Source: Candidatus Omnitrophota bacterium (GTDB lineage: Bacteria; Omnitrophota; Gorgyraeia; Zapsychrales; Zapsychraceae). From it: a stretch of 64,000 bases of DNA. A model generated the notes under the pieces. It made no database searches. It was not told the DNA's origin and was given only the letters and a program-made list of their open reading frames with translations. The stretch covers positions 9,670 to 73,669 of the forward strand of contig JADFYJ010000013.1 in assembly GCA_015233115.1 (NCBI GenBank), given 5' to 3'. Positions 19,353-28,826 of the stretch are shown in pieces. Position numbers and translations under genes: made by a program. The stretch's first letter is position 1; each line of letters starts with the position of its first letter.

Positions 19353-19467
19353 GTAGGGGCGATCTCCCGATCGCCCGTATCCATTCGCTTTTCAATTAAC
19401 AATATGCTTTTAAGAATCATTAAAAAAACGATAATTTTGTAACGGGCGATCAGGAGATCGCCCCTAC
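19353..19467. repeat. 26-bp GC-rich inverted repeats (one mismatch) flanking a 63-bp AT-rich spacer; each arm is itself a hairpin (GGGCGATC..GATCGCCC)
   Basis: Left arm 19353-19378 gtaggggcgatctcccgatcgcccgt; right arm 19442-19467 is its reverse complement with C/T at one position. Intergenic between two operon genes. Confidence 0.7.
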
Positions 19468-19475
19468 AACACATA

Positions 19476-20477
19476 CTAACTTAATTCAGAATTAGAGCGA
19501 TAGCAATCTAAAGGAACAAATAACTCATCAAAAAAACGCAATACAGCGCCAAGCTGCGGAACAGGCATCGGTCGTCTTTTTCCCTCTAACACACTCTCTA
19601 ATAATATCACAACTTCATTCACACCCAGCAAGGTTCTCATATAAGTCGTTCCGGAGAAACGCGGGTTAATTTCAAATATAAACGGCCCTTGTTCGGTCAA
19701 ACGCAGTTGATAATTCGCCGGACCAAATAAATTCAGGACTTTGGCTGCTTGAACAATATAGCGGTTTACGTCTTCGCATGTGTCATCACAAATCGCGCGG
19801 AAAGTGTTTCCATCTTTTAAATCCCTGCGCAAGCTAATGACACTTTTCACCTCGCCGTCCAATATCAATGACCCGCAGGTATATTCTTTTTCTATGGTGC
19901 CCATTTCTTTTTGGATCACCGGATTGGGGCATACCAAAAGGGCGTGATCTAACTCGGTTTCATTCTTCACGAAAAACACATTCCGAGACCTAAAACCTCT
20001 CCGCGGTTTGACAACGTAAGGAAAAGCATTTTGACTGATAAAAGGCTTAATGCTTTCCGGCAAACACGACGGAGCGTAATTCAGTCCCCGTTCCCTCAAA
20101 CATTCCGCAGTCAGCCATTTGTCCTGGCAAATACGAATGCTGGCTTCATCCCCTACAATAATTTTCGCTTTGGTTTCTTGCTCTAACCGTTGTTTATATC
20201 GCGAAAAAATATCCAGTTCGAAATCCAAACCAATCAAAACCACATCAATGTTTTCGTGAATCAAAATTTTCTTAACCGCGCTGATCCATTCTTCTTCCGT
20301 GACTTCCTTTTTAAGAATATCCGGCAAAAGATACTGACTATCCGCCCAATACAAACCCACGGCGTGAGAAAAATAATCTGCGGCTATAATCCGGCATTTC
20401 AAAGAACTTTTGCGGATTGATTTAATGAGCGCCTGTCCAATAACTGAGCCAGCGCCAGTCACTAACACATTACTCAT
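19476..20477 (-). CDS. ATP-grasp family ligase (N-terminal Rossmann-like plus ATP-grasp fold)
   Basis: LVTGAGSVIGQ N-terminus and an ATP-grasp core (..YVVKPRRGFRSRNVFFV..E.NPRFSG). The ATG at 20477 makes an ATGA overlap with the upstream stop. Confidence 0.6.
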   Translation of the reverse strand: MSNVLVTGAGSVIGQALIKSIRKSSLKCRIIAADYFSHAVGLYWADSQYLLPDILKKEVTEEEWISAVKKILIHENIDVVLIGLDFELDIFSRYKQRLEQETKAKIIVGDEASIRICQDKWLTAECLRERGLNYAPSCLPESIKPFISQNAFPYVVKPRRGFRSRNVFFVKNETELDHALLVCPNPVIQKEMGTIEKEYTCGSLILDGEVKSVISLRRDLKDGNTFRAICDDTCEDVNRYIVQAAKVLNLFGPANYQLRLTEQGPFIFEINPRFSGTTYMRTLLGVNEVVILLESVLEGKRRPMPVPQLGAVLRFFDELFVPLDCYRSNSELS

Positions 20478-21178
20478 AAGATGCCTTTCATCAGCTCGAA
20501 ACATCGGCCTAATTCTTCTACGCGGTGAACATCAGATCCGCACGAAACATAAGGATTATATTTTTTACATAACCGCGTCATAAGTGGAATGATGCTGGGC
20601 AGTAAATATTTTGAATTCCATTCTAACGCCATGGGTGTTTTCGCAATTTCCCTCACAATGCTCTCCATATATTCTTCCGGAAACTCGCCATGTGTGGCCA
20701 GTGACATCCCTGCCGGATGAGCCAGTACCTGAATCTTCTGACCTTTAATCATAGCAAAAGTTAAATCCCTTTCACGGCAAAACAAATCTTTCTTTTCCAT
20801 AATAACTATGGAAACAAATGAATCTTCCCTGGGAATACTATGCACACTGCCTAATACCAATTCCGCTTTATTCTTCACTTCATCACTCATATCCACATCA
20901 CCGTCTAAATTTAAAACTTTTGTTTCAACTCCGATTATAATTTCAATAGCCGGATATTTGGTCCGCAATTGAACAATCTCCTCGTAAAAATGGGGATAAT
21001 AATCACTATCCCGACGCACATGTTCCGTAAACGCGATCTGTTTTAAACCTTTTTTAACCGCCATTTGAATAATCGCTTCCGCCCCGCACGCACCATCCGT
21101 CCATGAGGTATGGATATGGCAGTCCACTTTAATTCGTTCCGCGTTTAATTCATTAAAGCGATAAAATTTCATGTCCAT
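20474..21178 (-). CDS. PHP-domain metal-dependent phosphoesterase
   Basis: DCHIHTSWTDG and later His/Asp ladder typical of PHP (histidinol-phosphatase/CpsB-like) enzymes. Confidence 0.65.
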   Translation of the reverse strand: MDMKFYRFNELNAERIKVDCHIHTSWTDGACGAEAIIQMAVKKGLKQIAFTEHVRRDSDYYPHFYEEIVQLRTKYPAIEIIIGVETKVLNLDGDVDMSDEVKNKAELVLGSVHSIPREDSFVSIVIMEKKDLFCRERDLTFAMIKGQKIQVLAHPAGMSLATHGEFPEEYMESIVREIAKTPMALEWNSKYLLPSIIPLMTRLCKKYNPYVSCGSDVHRVEELGRCFELMKGIL

Positions 21179-22296
21179 TATCTAACTCCAACAATATTTC
21201 CTTTAAAACCTCTCGATAGATAATCTTCGCGGATAACTGGATAAAACGTTTCCGGGACGATAAAGATTTGTTCAAAGTTGCCGGAAAACACATTTTCAGA
21301 TTTTAAGACTTTTTTACCGAAATAAATTTGCCCCTGCTTGCTGGTGTCATTATCAACCAGCATAAAATCAAAATTTATATCACACCATTCCAAAATATTC
21401 TTGAGCGTATTGCTCGCTCCGTGGACAGCGCCATGTTTTATTTTCAATAAAGCGCTGATACGTTCCAGCGTCAGGCTTAATTTGTTTTCATAATTGCTAT
21501 AATCTCTTTTGGACGCGACATTAACAGACTGCCCCTGAAACTCAGCCAAAGCGTGATATTCATCCTGATATTTCACTAAATTTTTCAAAACAAAACCATT
21601 CCGCTCAAAAAATAATTTTAAGGACGCATCCGTAAAATATTGAATATGCTGGTGCATAAACAGCGCCGGAGATCCCGTCTCTAAATAATAATCCGCGTTA
21701 TTCACGGAAATAAAGACTTGGCCTTGCGGCGCTAAATGACGACGAATAAAATCCATAAATCCTTCCAGGTCTTCCACATGATCCAACACATCAAACGCGT
21801 AAATAAAATCAAATTTCCGGGACAGATTCAAGTTCCGATCCGCAAAAGCTTTGACAAAATTTATGCCATCGGCAATGCCCGCTGTTTTCAAAGACGGTTC
21901 AATTCCGGTCACATCCTGAATTCCCTGCGACTTTAAGAACCGCAATATATAACCCTTATCACAGCCGATTTCTAAAGCAGACTGAAATGCCGTAATATCC
22001 ACCAGCCGGTTAAAATGCTTAAGGATTTTTTCGCCCCGTTCTTTGCCCCAATTCCCTTCTCCCATGGATACAGACAACTGCGCGGCACAAGACGTATAAA
22101 TATCCGCGAGCGCTGAACGCAATTCTGGAGTCACCTTCTCATAGACGTGGCCGCAGGCTAAACATTGAAATAATTGACACGGAAATTTACCAGCAGATGA
22201 GTTATGGTCATCCGGCGTATTCGTCGCAATCGAAGCCGCAGGCTGGTCTAATATCATTTGAGCTTCCCGGTTTCCACACGCATAACAACGCATCAA
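21178..22296 (-). CDS. SAM-dependent methyltransferase with N-terminal Zn-ribbon (NDP-sugar C-methyltransferase-like architecture)
   Basis: N-terminal CxxC..CxxC pairs, a class I MT core (LEIGCDKGYIL) and a C-terminal extra domain, as in TylC3/NovU-type C-methyltransferases. Confidence 0.55.
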   Translation of the reverse strand: MMRCYACGNREAQMILDQPAASIATNTPDDHNSSAGKFPCQLFQCLACGHVYEKVTPELRSALADIYTSCAAQLSVSMGEGNWGKERGEKILKHFNRLVDITAFQSALEIGCDKGYILRFLKSQGIQDVTGIEPSLKTAGIADGINFVKAFADRNLNLSRKFDFIYAFDVLDHVEDLEGFMDFIRRHLAPQGQVFISVNNADYYLETGSPALFMHQHIQYFTDASLKLFFERNGFVLKNLVKYQDEYHALAEFQGQSVNVASKRDYSNYENKLSLTLERISALLKIKHGAVHGASNTLKNILEWCDINFDFMLVDNDTSKQGQIYFGKKVLKSENVFSGNFEQIFIVPETFYPVIREDYLSRGFKGNIVGVR

Positions 22297-23399
22297 TTTC
22301 TCCGGTCTAAAATTTTAATCAATTGACGGGCAATGTTCACAACATCTTCTTCCTGATTCAAAGTTGAAGACGGCAAGCATAACCCTTTTTCAAATACCTG
22401 ATACGTGTTGGGAAAGCCCGACCGGCCGTTTTCTGAAAACATCGGAAATTCCGTGACTGGCATAAAGAATCTTCGGGTAGGAATCCCCTGTTCTTTTAAC
22501 TGATTTTGAACACTGGCCAAATCTTTATGATCAGGAATGAGCACACTATTGAGCCACCAGGTACTTTGCGCTTTTGGTACTTCTCTTTGAAAAATAATAT
22601 TTTTAAAACCACTCAGCTCATCCTGATAAATCTCATGATATCTTTTTTTCTTTTGTAAAAATTCCTTTAAACGGTCCATTTGCGCGAGGCCTAATGCCGC
22701 TTCCAGATTTGTCATCCGATAATTAAACCCCATTTCCGGGTGAAAATAACCGCGGCTTTCATCCCGGCCTTGGTTCACTAAAAACCGGATATGGCTGATG
22801 CTGTCTTTATCTTTTCCTAAAATCATCCCGCCACCGCCTGTGGTCATGATTTTATTACCATTAAAACTAAAACAACCCAAATCACCCAATGTCCCAGTCA
22901 TGCGGCCGTCAAAACTTGCCCCTAAACTTTCCGTCGCGTCTTCAATAACAAACAGCTTGTGACGTTGTGCTATTTCCAGAATCTCCTTCATGGCGCAGGG
23001 ATTACCAAATAAATGCACAGGAATGACAGCTTTAGTTTTAGGCGTAATGACTTGTTCCATTTTTTTAGGGTCAATATTCCACGTCATTAAATCAATATCT
23101 GCCAACACTGGCGTCGCCCCCACATAAAGAATTGGATTTATTGACGCCACAAACGTCAAGGCCGGAACAATCACTTCATCCCCAGGCCCAATCCCGAGTT
23201 GATAGAGCGCCATATGCAGTGAAGCGGTTCCGCTTTGCGTCGCGACCGCCCACGGAGAGCCCATCCATTCCGCGAAACGTTGTTCAAATTGCGGGATAAA
23301 CGGACCGACTGTTGAAACATAGCCAGAATCAATGGCTTCGCACAAATAGCGTTTTTCCAGGTCACCTAAATTGGGGGCATCTAAAAATATTTCAGACAT
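22293..23399 (-). CDS. DegT/DnrJ/EryC1-family PLP-dependent sugar aminotransferase (LegC/PseC-like)
   Basis: Fold-type I aminotransferase blocks and PLP lysine motif SFNGNK. Confidence 0.8.
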   Translation of the reverse strand: MSEIFLDAPNLGDLEKRYLCEAIDSGYVSTVGPFIPQFEQRFAEWMGSPWAVATQSGTASLHMALYQLGIGPGDEVIVPALTFVASINPILYVGATPVLADIDLMTWNIDPKKMEQVITPKTKAVIPVHLFGNPCAMKEILEIAQRHKLFVIEDATESLGASFDGRMTGTLGDLGCFSFNGNKIMTTGGGGMILGKDKDSISHIRFLVNQGRDESRGYFHPEMGFNYRMTNLEAALGLAQMDRLKEFLQKKKRYHEIYQDELSGFKNIIFQREVPKAQSTWWLNSVLIPDHKDLASVQNQLKEQGIPTRRFFMPVTEFPMFSENGRSGFPNTYQVFEKGLCLPSSTLNQEEDVVNIARQLIKILDRRN

Positions 23400-24390
23400 T
23401 GTAAATTCCTGATTTGTATCCCTGGATGTTTTTCGACTGACGAAACCATGCTATGGTTTCATTGAGACCGTCTTGTAAAGCGCAAGCAGGACTCCATCCG
23501 GTTATTTGTTTTAATTTAGCATGGCTGCCATATAAGCGTTCAACTTCGCTTAATTTAGGACGAAGCCGGTCTTGGTCTTCTTCAATCCGGGCTGATGATC
23601 CCATTAATGTAATAATATTCTGCGCCAAATCTCTAATCGAAATTTCCGATTGAGTGGCAATATTTATATCCTGGCCTATGGCCTGATCTGCTTTGGCGAT
23701 TTCTATGAAACCTTGAACAGTATCTTTCACATAAACAAAATCTCTGGTCGGATGAACTGCTCCTAATTTAATCTGTTTAACTCCCGAAAGCAATTGACAA
23801 ATGACCGTAGGTATAACCGCGCGCGCAGACTGTCGTGGCCCATAAGTATTAAAAGGGCGCACCATGGTCACTGGCAAATCAAAGCTGCGGAAAAATGACT
23901 CAGCTAAACAATCCGCGGCAATCTTGGTCGCGGAATAAGGCGACTGCGGCTGACGTTTATGATTTTCATCAATCGGAACATATTGCGCGGTACCGTACAC
24001 TTCCGACGTTGAAGTCACTAAAACCCGCTTCACTTTAAGATCTTTAGCCGTCTGGAGAATGTTTAACGTGCCTTTAACATTGGTATCAATATAACTATCC
24101 GGAGAATGATAACTAAAAGGAATACCGATCAAGGCAGCCAAATGAAACACGATATCCACGCCTTGCATGGCTTGACGCACGCCATTCGGGTCGCGGATAT
24201 CGCCCGCGAAAATCTCAATCTCCTTGAGCTGTTCCGGAGCTAAAGTATCGAGCCATCCCCAGCTATTAAAGGAATTATAATAAACAAACGCCCGGACCTG
24301 ACAGCCTTGTTTTAAAAGCGCTTCAGTCAAATGAGACCCAATAAAGCCATCCGCTCCGGTCACTAAAACTTTTTTATGCGCAAGATCCAT
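23392..24390 (-). CDS. NAD-dependent NDP-sugar 4,6-dehydratase (LegB-like extended SDR)
   Basis: VLVTGADGFIGSHL, YSATK catalytic motif, directly upstream of the aminotransferase. Confidence 0.75.
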   Translation of the reverse strand: MDLAHKKVLVTGADGFIGSHLTEALLKQGCQVRAFVYYNSFNSWGWLDTLAPEQLKEIEIFAGDIRDPNGVRQAMQGVDIVFHLAALIGIPFSYHSPDSYIDTNVKGTLNILQTAKDLKVKRVLVTSTSEVYGTAQYVPIDENHKRQPQSPYSATKIAADCLAESFFRSFDLPVTMVRPFNTYGPRQSARAVIPTVICQLLSGVKQIKLGAVHPTRDFVYVKDTVQGFIEIAKADQAIGQDINIATQSEISIRDLAQNIITLMGSSARIEEDQDRLRPKLSEVERLYGSHAKLKQITGWSPACALQDGLNETIAWFRQSKNIQGYKSGIYNV

Positions 24391-24399
24391 AATGTCCTT

Positions 24400-26250
24400 T
24401 CAATTTATCCCCGCTAATTGATATATATAATCCTTCATACGGTCAATGGCTTTGTCATCATCATACGCGTCAAAACTGCGAATATCTTGTTTAGAAATAA
24501 TATCCTTACAACGAACTTTACCTGCTAAAACCGCGTCGATCTGAGCAAATAGTTTATCTTTATCATCAAACACAATTTGATTGAAATATTTGTTAGCTAA
24601 CAAATGTTGACAGTTGCCAGTCTGGTCATAATAAAATGCGTCATATCCACAAATTAACGCGATGGTTGCCGGAGTATTGATCGACATGTTGATAGACACA
24701 TCTGACAGACCTAAAATATTCTCAAAAGGATAAAGGGTGTCAACGACTACAAAATTTTTTAAAAGTTTTAATGCATCGGTAATTTTATTTAACCGCGGCA
24801 TATCCGCAGATAAAACCATATCCCATGGCTTGCAACTTTTAGGTTTTAAAACAATAACATCCTCTGGGTGTTTTTGGGCGTATTCCAGTATCACGCTGAG
24901 ATAATTGATATAAATCTCTTCAGGAATATTGGAATCATTACTAAAAGACGTGTCAAAAAAAGTGATGATTTTCCCTTGAAATGAATGACCTGTGATGTTT
25001 CCGCGCAATTGCTGCCTTTCTTCAGGAGAAAACCGGCAACCTGCCTTATAAACACACCCAATCTTCACTTTTTCATCCACGTAAAAAGTGTGTCCGTAAA
25101 CATTAAAAGTGTTATCCCCCCAGGACATATAAACATTATGCGCAGCGAATGATAAAACCGGATCTTGATAAGCCGTCAAATCACTCCAATTCACAATAAC
25201 ATTTTTTGTGCCATATTTATTCAAAACTATCGTCAAAATCACATCGTCATGATCGGAATGCGAAAGATGAACCTTTCCATCAAAATGGTTCATAAAATTC
25301 TCAAAATAAAACGCCCGATTATGAAATAACAAGGTGTCACTCAACATAAAAGTTTTATTTTTTAACGCATAACCTAAAAAAGTCACGGCCGGAGTCAAAA
25401 AATAACGCGAAACAATCTTTAAAAAATTTTGATTAATATTAATTTTTAACATTCTCAACCGCGCGGTTTGATAACCTTTTTCCTGAGCGTTTCGTAAAGC
25501 CAAATTACGTCCTTCGCTCTGATCTTCGAGCGCGTAAAACAAAACATCTTCTTTTTTAATCTTAGAGCTTTCCACAAAAAAATCATCATTCAAATATTTT
25601 CGTTCAAACCCAGTAACGCTTTCTTTGATAAACAAGAATTTTTTCCGTTGCTGGTTTAAAACAAAACCCCTGCGGACAAAATTCAGGATCATCTTGCCAT
25701 AGTACATTCCTAGCAATAAAAATGAGGCATGGGAATTTATAAACTCAATTCTCACCTTTAAACCATAATGCTCCATGAAATATTGGGTTACAAAATCATT
25801 GAGCGGCGTCCGCACCATAACCAAGGTTGGTTCTTCTAAAAAATCCCTTTTCAATAAGTGCAAATGTTTTAATACCGCAAAAATTTGGCGAGACATCTGT
25901 TTTTTGACAAACGCCTCTACTTTGTTCGTCTGATAAATACGGTTATACCGTGTAATAAAATAATCATAATCCGGGCTGTGCTGCTTATAATATAAATCCA
26001 AAACACGCATAGTTTCTTCAGACAAATCATACCACAACCCTATGGTCTTAGCCCCCACCGATGGCAAGATCGAAACAGATTGCTCAAAATATTTTTTACC
26101 CCCAGGCAATTTCCGGAAAAATGATCCAAGCTTAGACGGGATCCCGGGATAAAAAACCGAAACTTTGTATCCTTTTCTCCACGCCCGAAACATGACTTGG
26201 GCATTTTCAACCAAATCGTTTCCTAAAATTAATATGTAATTGTTTGGCAT
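24400..26250 (-). CDS. Large uncharacterised protein, putative ulosonic-acid/capsule transferase (possible KpsC/KpsS-like fold)
   Basis: 616 aa with no recognisable GT-A/GT-B motifs; C-terminal region resembles capsule-synthesis (KpsS/KpsC) proteins only weakly. Confidence 0.35.
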   Translation of the reverse strand: MPNNYILILGNDLVENAQVMFRAWRKGYKVSVFYPGIPSKLGSFFRKLPGGKKYFEQSVSILPSVGAKTIGLWYDLSEETMRVLDLYYKQHSPDYDYFITRYNRIYQTNKVEAFVKKQMSRQIFAVLKHLHLLKRDFLEEPTLVMVRTPLNDFVTQYFMEHYGLKVRIEFINSHASFLLLGMYYGKMILNFVRRGFVLNQQRKKFLFIKESVTGFERKYLNDDFFVESSKIKKEDVLFYALEDQSEGRNLALRNAQEKGYQTARLRMLKININQNFLKIVSRYFLTPAVTFLGYALKNKTFMLSDTLLFHNRAFYFENFMNHFDGKVHLSHSDHDDVILTIVLNKYGTKNVIVNWSDLTAYQDPVLSFAAHNVYMSWGDNTFNVYGHTFYVDEKVKIGCVYKAGCRFSPEERQQLRGNITGHSFQGKIITFFDTSFSNDSNIPEEIYINYLSVILEYAQKHPEDVIVLKPKSCKPWDMVLSADMPRLNKITDALKLLKNFVVVDTLYPFENILGLSDVSINMSINTPATIALICGYDAFYYDQTGNCQHLLANKYFNQIVFDDKDKLFAQIDAVLAGKVRCKDIISKQDIRSFDAYDDDKAIDRMKDYIYQLAGIN

Positions 26251-26255
26251 AATAT

Positions 26256-27296
26256 TTACCTAAAAATCGTATTGAGATACGGCTTAAAAATTTTCTCTGT
26301 CACTTCGCCTTTGGCGTGCATCCCATCAAAAAAATCTTTTTCTTTTAAAGCAAACTTTGCCGGGTCATACGATCCGATGACAGGTATCCCGTTCCTCAAA
26401 GCGTTATCACGCAACATCTCTTCCATAGTTACAATATTCTTTTCCCAATTCGTCTCTTTATATGTCACATAAGCAAAGGGGTCATAGGGCGGCAAAAAAA
26501 ACACAATCTTAACTTTATCGTGCTGCATCATCGCAATGAAATGGTTCCAACGATCAAAAATTTTTGGATCAACCGTAAAATTATTCATAGACGTTTTCGC
26601 GTAAATAACCTGTTTCCTGGACCGGTCAACACAGGTCTTAGCGATATTTTCTCTATAATTGATGGACCCATCACTCAAAATCCGGTGCCAAGGCAAATGC
26701 TGATCCTCTCCTCTATAAAATTTTTCAAAAACATACCGATAAACTGCTTTTTGAAATTTGTTAAAAGAAAAAAGAGCAAAAAACGCGTTCTCTTTTTTCC
26801 CCTGAGGCTGATCGTTGGTCCACGGCATATTGATAAATTTTGATACTTCCTCTTATTCTTGAGCCAGATCTTTATACCGGTTTTGTTCATTTTTCGCGTT
26901 AAAAATCCAAGGATCAATGCCTAATATCACCACGGAAGGGATCAAACCTTTTTTTCGATACATCCAATAATAGATCAAATAATCTTCCAGGCTCGCGCCA
27001 GCCACACCGCAATTAAAAAAAGTATGCTCAGGAAAAAAGGATCCCCTCACTTCCATAGCGCGGCTGGACCCAAGGACAATAATGTCATCTTTATACGTCA
27101 ATCCCTCGATATAATATTTTTTAACAAACCGGTCGCGGACAGACAATAAATCTCCGTCTAATACGGCACTTTTCCCCTCCAACAGGGTTTGCGCGATTTT
27201 TTGTTCTTGGTCTCCGGAATTCATTAACCGGTTAAAGAAACCCACGGCTAATAAAATGGGAAATAAAAATAATAATTTAATAAAAAATTTTTTCAT
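26256..27296 (-). pseudogene. DltD-like SGNH acyl-transfer protein interrupted by an in-frame TAA (track ORFs 26853-27296 and 26256-26828)
   Basis: The N-terminal ORF has a signal/TM segment plus VLGSSR (Ser block). The C-terminal ORF has FFDGMHA (Asp-x-x-His block). Both ORFs are in the same frame (27296-26828=468), separated by TAA at 26853-26855 and 8 codons. Confidence 0.6.
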
Positions 27297-27299
27297 TGC

Positions 27300-27356
27300 C
27301 TATTCCGGGGACAAGTACTTAATTGTTAAAATTTATCGCAATTAAGAACATGTCCC
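27300..27356. other. Imperfect 19-bp-stem hairpin (ggggacaagtacttaattg / caattaagaacatgtcccc) between the MBOAT and DltD-like genes
   Basis: Direct reading; 17 of 19 positions pair, with a 13-nt loop. Confidence 0.5.
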
Positions 27357-27360
27357 CGCA

Positions 27361-28803
27361 TTAAAATTGAAAATATAAAAATTTAATCTTTTCAAACACC
27401 CCAAACAACAAAATCCAGGAAACACAACCGTAATACACAGACCATCTGATTTTTAATGACTGGCGTGAAATAAAATCAATAATATCTTCTTTGCGCTCAA
27501 TCACATGCGTGACTCCTAAACAAAAAATCGCCAGAAACAATAATAAACCCGATGAAAGCTGGTGAAGATTGATTTCCTCATAAACCCTTTGAAACCCATG
27601 AGGGCTGAAAATTTTATCTAACCCGACGAATAAATGGGTCACGATATAGTATGCATCGTGCCGCGACTGAGCCCGGAAAAATATCCAGGCAAAACAAACC
27701 AAGCCAAAAGTCATAAAAATCCGCAGCCCCTTATGCAGGTAAACCATTCTGTCTAAACCAATCAACTGAACAAATTTCGCGCGTATATTTTTGGTAAAAG
27801 ATCCAAAAAGCAGATAAAAGCCATGTAACACGCCCCAAATCATAAACGTAACCCCATGTCCGCCTCCCACTGAACTGCCGTGCCATATCCCGCTCAATAA
27901 AAAGGTCACCATCACGCTCATCACAAAGACCCATTTCGTTCCCCTGCTCCCACCTAACGGGATATACACATAGTCCCTGAACCAGGTTGATAATGAAATA
28001 TGCCAGCGCCTCCAAAATTCCCGAATAGAGTCTGCCACATACGGACGGTCAAAGTTCTTCATTAATTTAAATCCCATCACCCTCGCAGCTCCGATGGCAA
28101 TATCTGAATATCCGGAAAAATCACAGTAAATTTGAAACGCGAATAACACAGTCGCGATGATCAAAGACCAGCCCGTATAATCATGCGGGCTATAATAAAT
28201 CGGATTAACAATATAAGCGGCCCGGTCAGCAATCACTACTTTCTTAAACATCCCCCAGGTCATTAATTTCAGTCCATAGGTCACATCTTGATAGTTAAAT
28301 TTATGTTTTTCATGAAATTGATGCAGTAAATTGTACGGCCGTTCAATAGGCCCAGCCACTAATTGCGGATAAAACATGACGTATAGCGCGTAAATAAAAA
28401 AGTTTTTCTCCGCTTTTTGTCTGCCGCGGTAAACTTCGATCGTGTAGCTCATGGATTGAAACGTATGAAACGACAGCCCTATCGGCAATATGATCTGCGG
28501 AAAAATTCCTTTAACCATGCCGGTAAAATATTTAAAAAATACTAAAATTCCCACATTCGCAATGAGACTTAAAATCAAAAAAGTTTTACGTTTTGACCCC
28601 TGCGCGTTTTCAATATAAATCCCGGCGAAATAATCAATAACAATTAAAGCGAAAAGGATCAAAATATATTTAGGAATGAAGAACATGTAAAAATAACAGC
28701 TCGCGGCCAGCAGAAATAAAATCCGTCCCCTATGAGGAAAAAGAAAATATAAAAGGGTAACCATAGGGAAAAATATTAAAAATTCGACAGAATTAAAAAT
28801 CAT
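27361..28803 (-). CDS. MBOAT-family membrane O-acyltransferase (AlgI/DltB-like)
   Basis: Multi-TM protein with conserved MBOAT His region (..WRRWHISLSTWFRDYVYIPLGGSR..). Confidence 0.8.
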   Translation of the reverse strand: MIFNSVEFLIFFPMVTLLYFLFPHRGRILFLLAASCYFYMFFIPKYILILFALIVIDYFAGIYIENAQGSKRKTFLILSLIANVGILVFFKYFTGMVKGIFPQIILPIGLSFHTFQSMSYTIEVYRGRQKAEKNFFIYALYVMFYPQLVAGPIERPYNLLHQFHEKHKFNYQDVTYGLKLMTWGMFKKVVIADRAAYIVNPIYYSPHDYTGWSLIIATVLFAFQIYCDFSGYSDIAIGAARVMGFKLMKNFDRPYVADSIREFWRRWHISLSTWFRDYVYIPLGGSRGTKWVFVMSVMVTFLLSGIWHGSSVGGGHGVTFMIWGVLHGFYLLFGSFTKNIRAKFVQLIGLDRMVYLHKGLRIFMTFGLVCFAWIFFRAQSRHDAYYIVTHLFVGLDKIFSPHGFQRVYEEINLHQLSSGLLLFLAIFCLGVTHVIERKEDIIDFISRQSLKIRWSVYYGCVSWILLFGVFEKIKFLYFQF

Positions 28804-28826
28804 TGCTCAATCCTAATGTTACTCGA

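Noticed and set aside
19319-19474. N-terminal 52-codon extension of the epimerase ORF (MCCRGDLL...)
   Set aside because: It is encoded by the inverted-repeat element. The ATG at 19318 has a good RBS and restores the canonical GATGFIG N-terminus.
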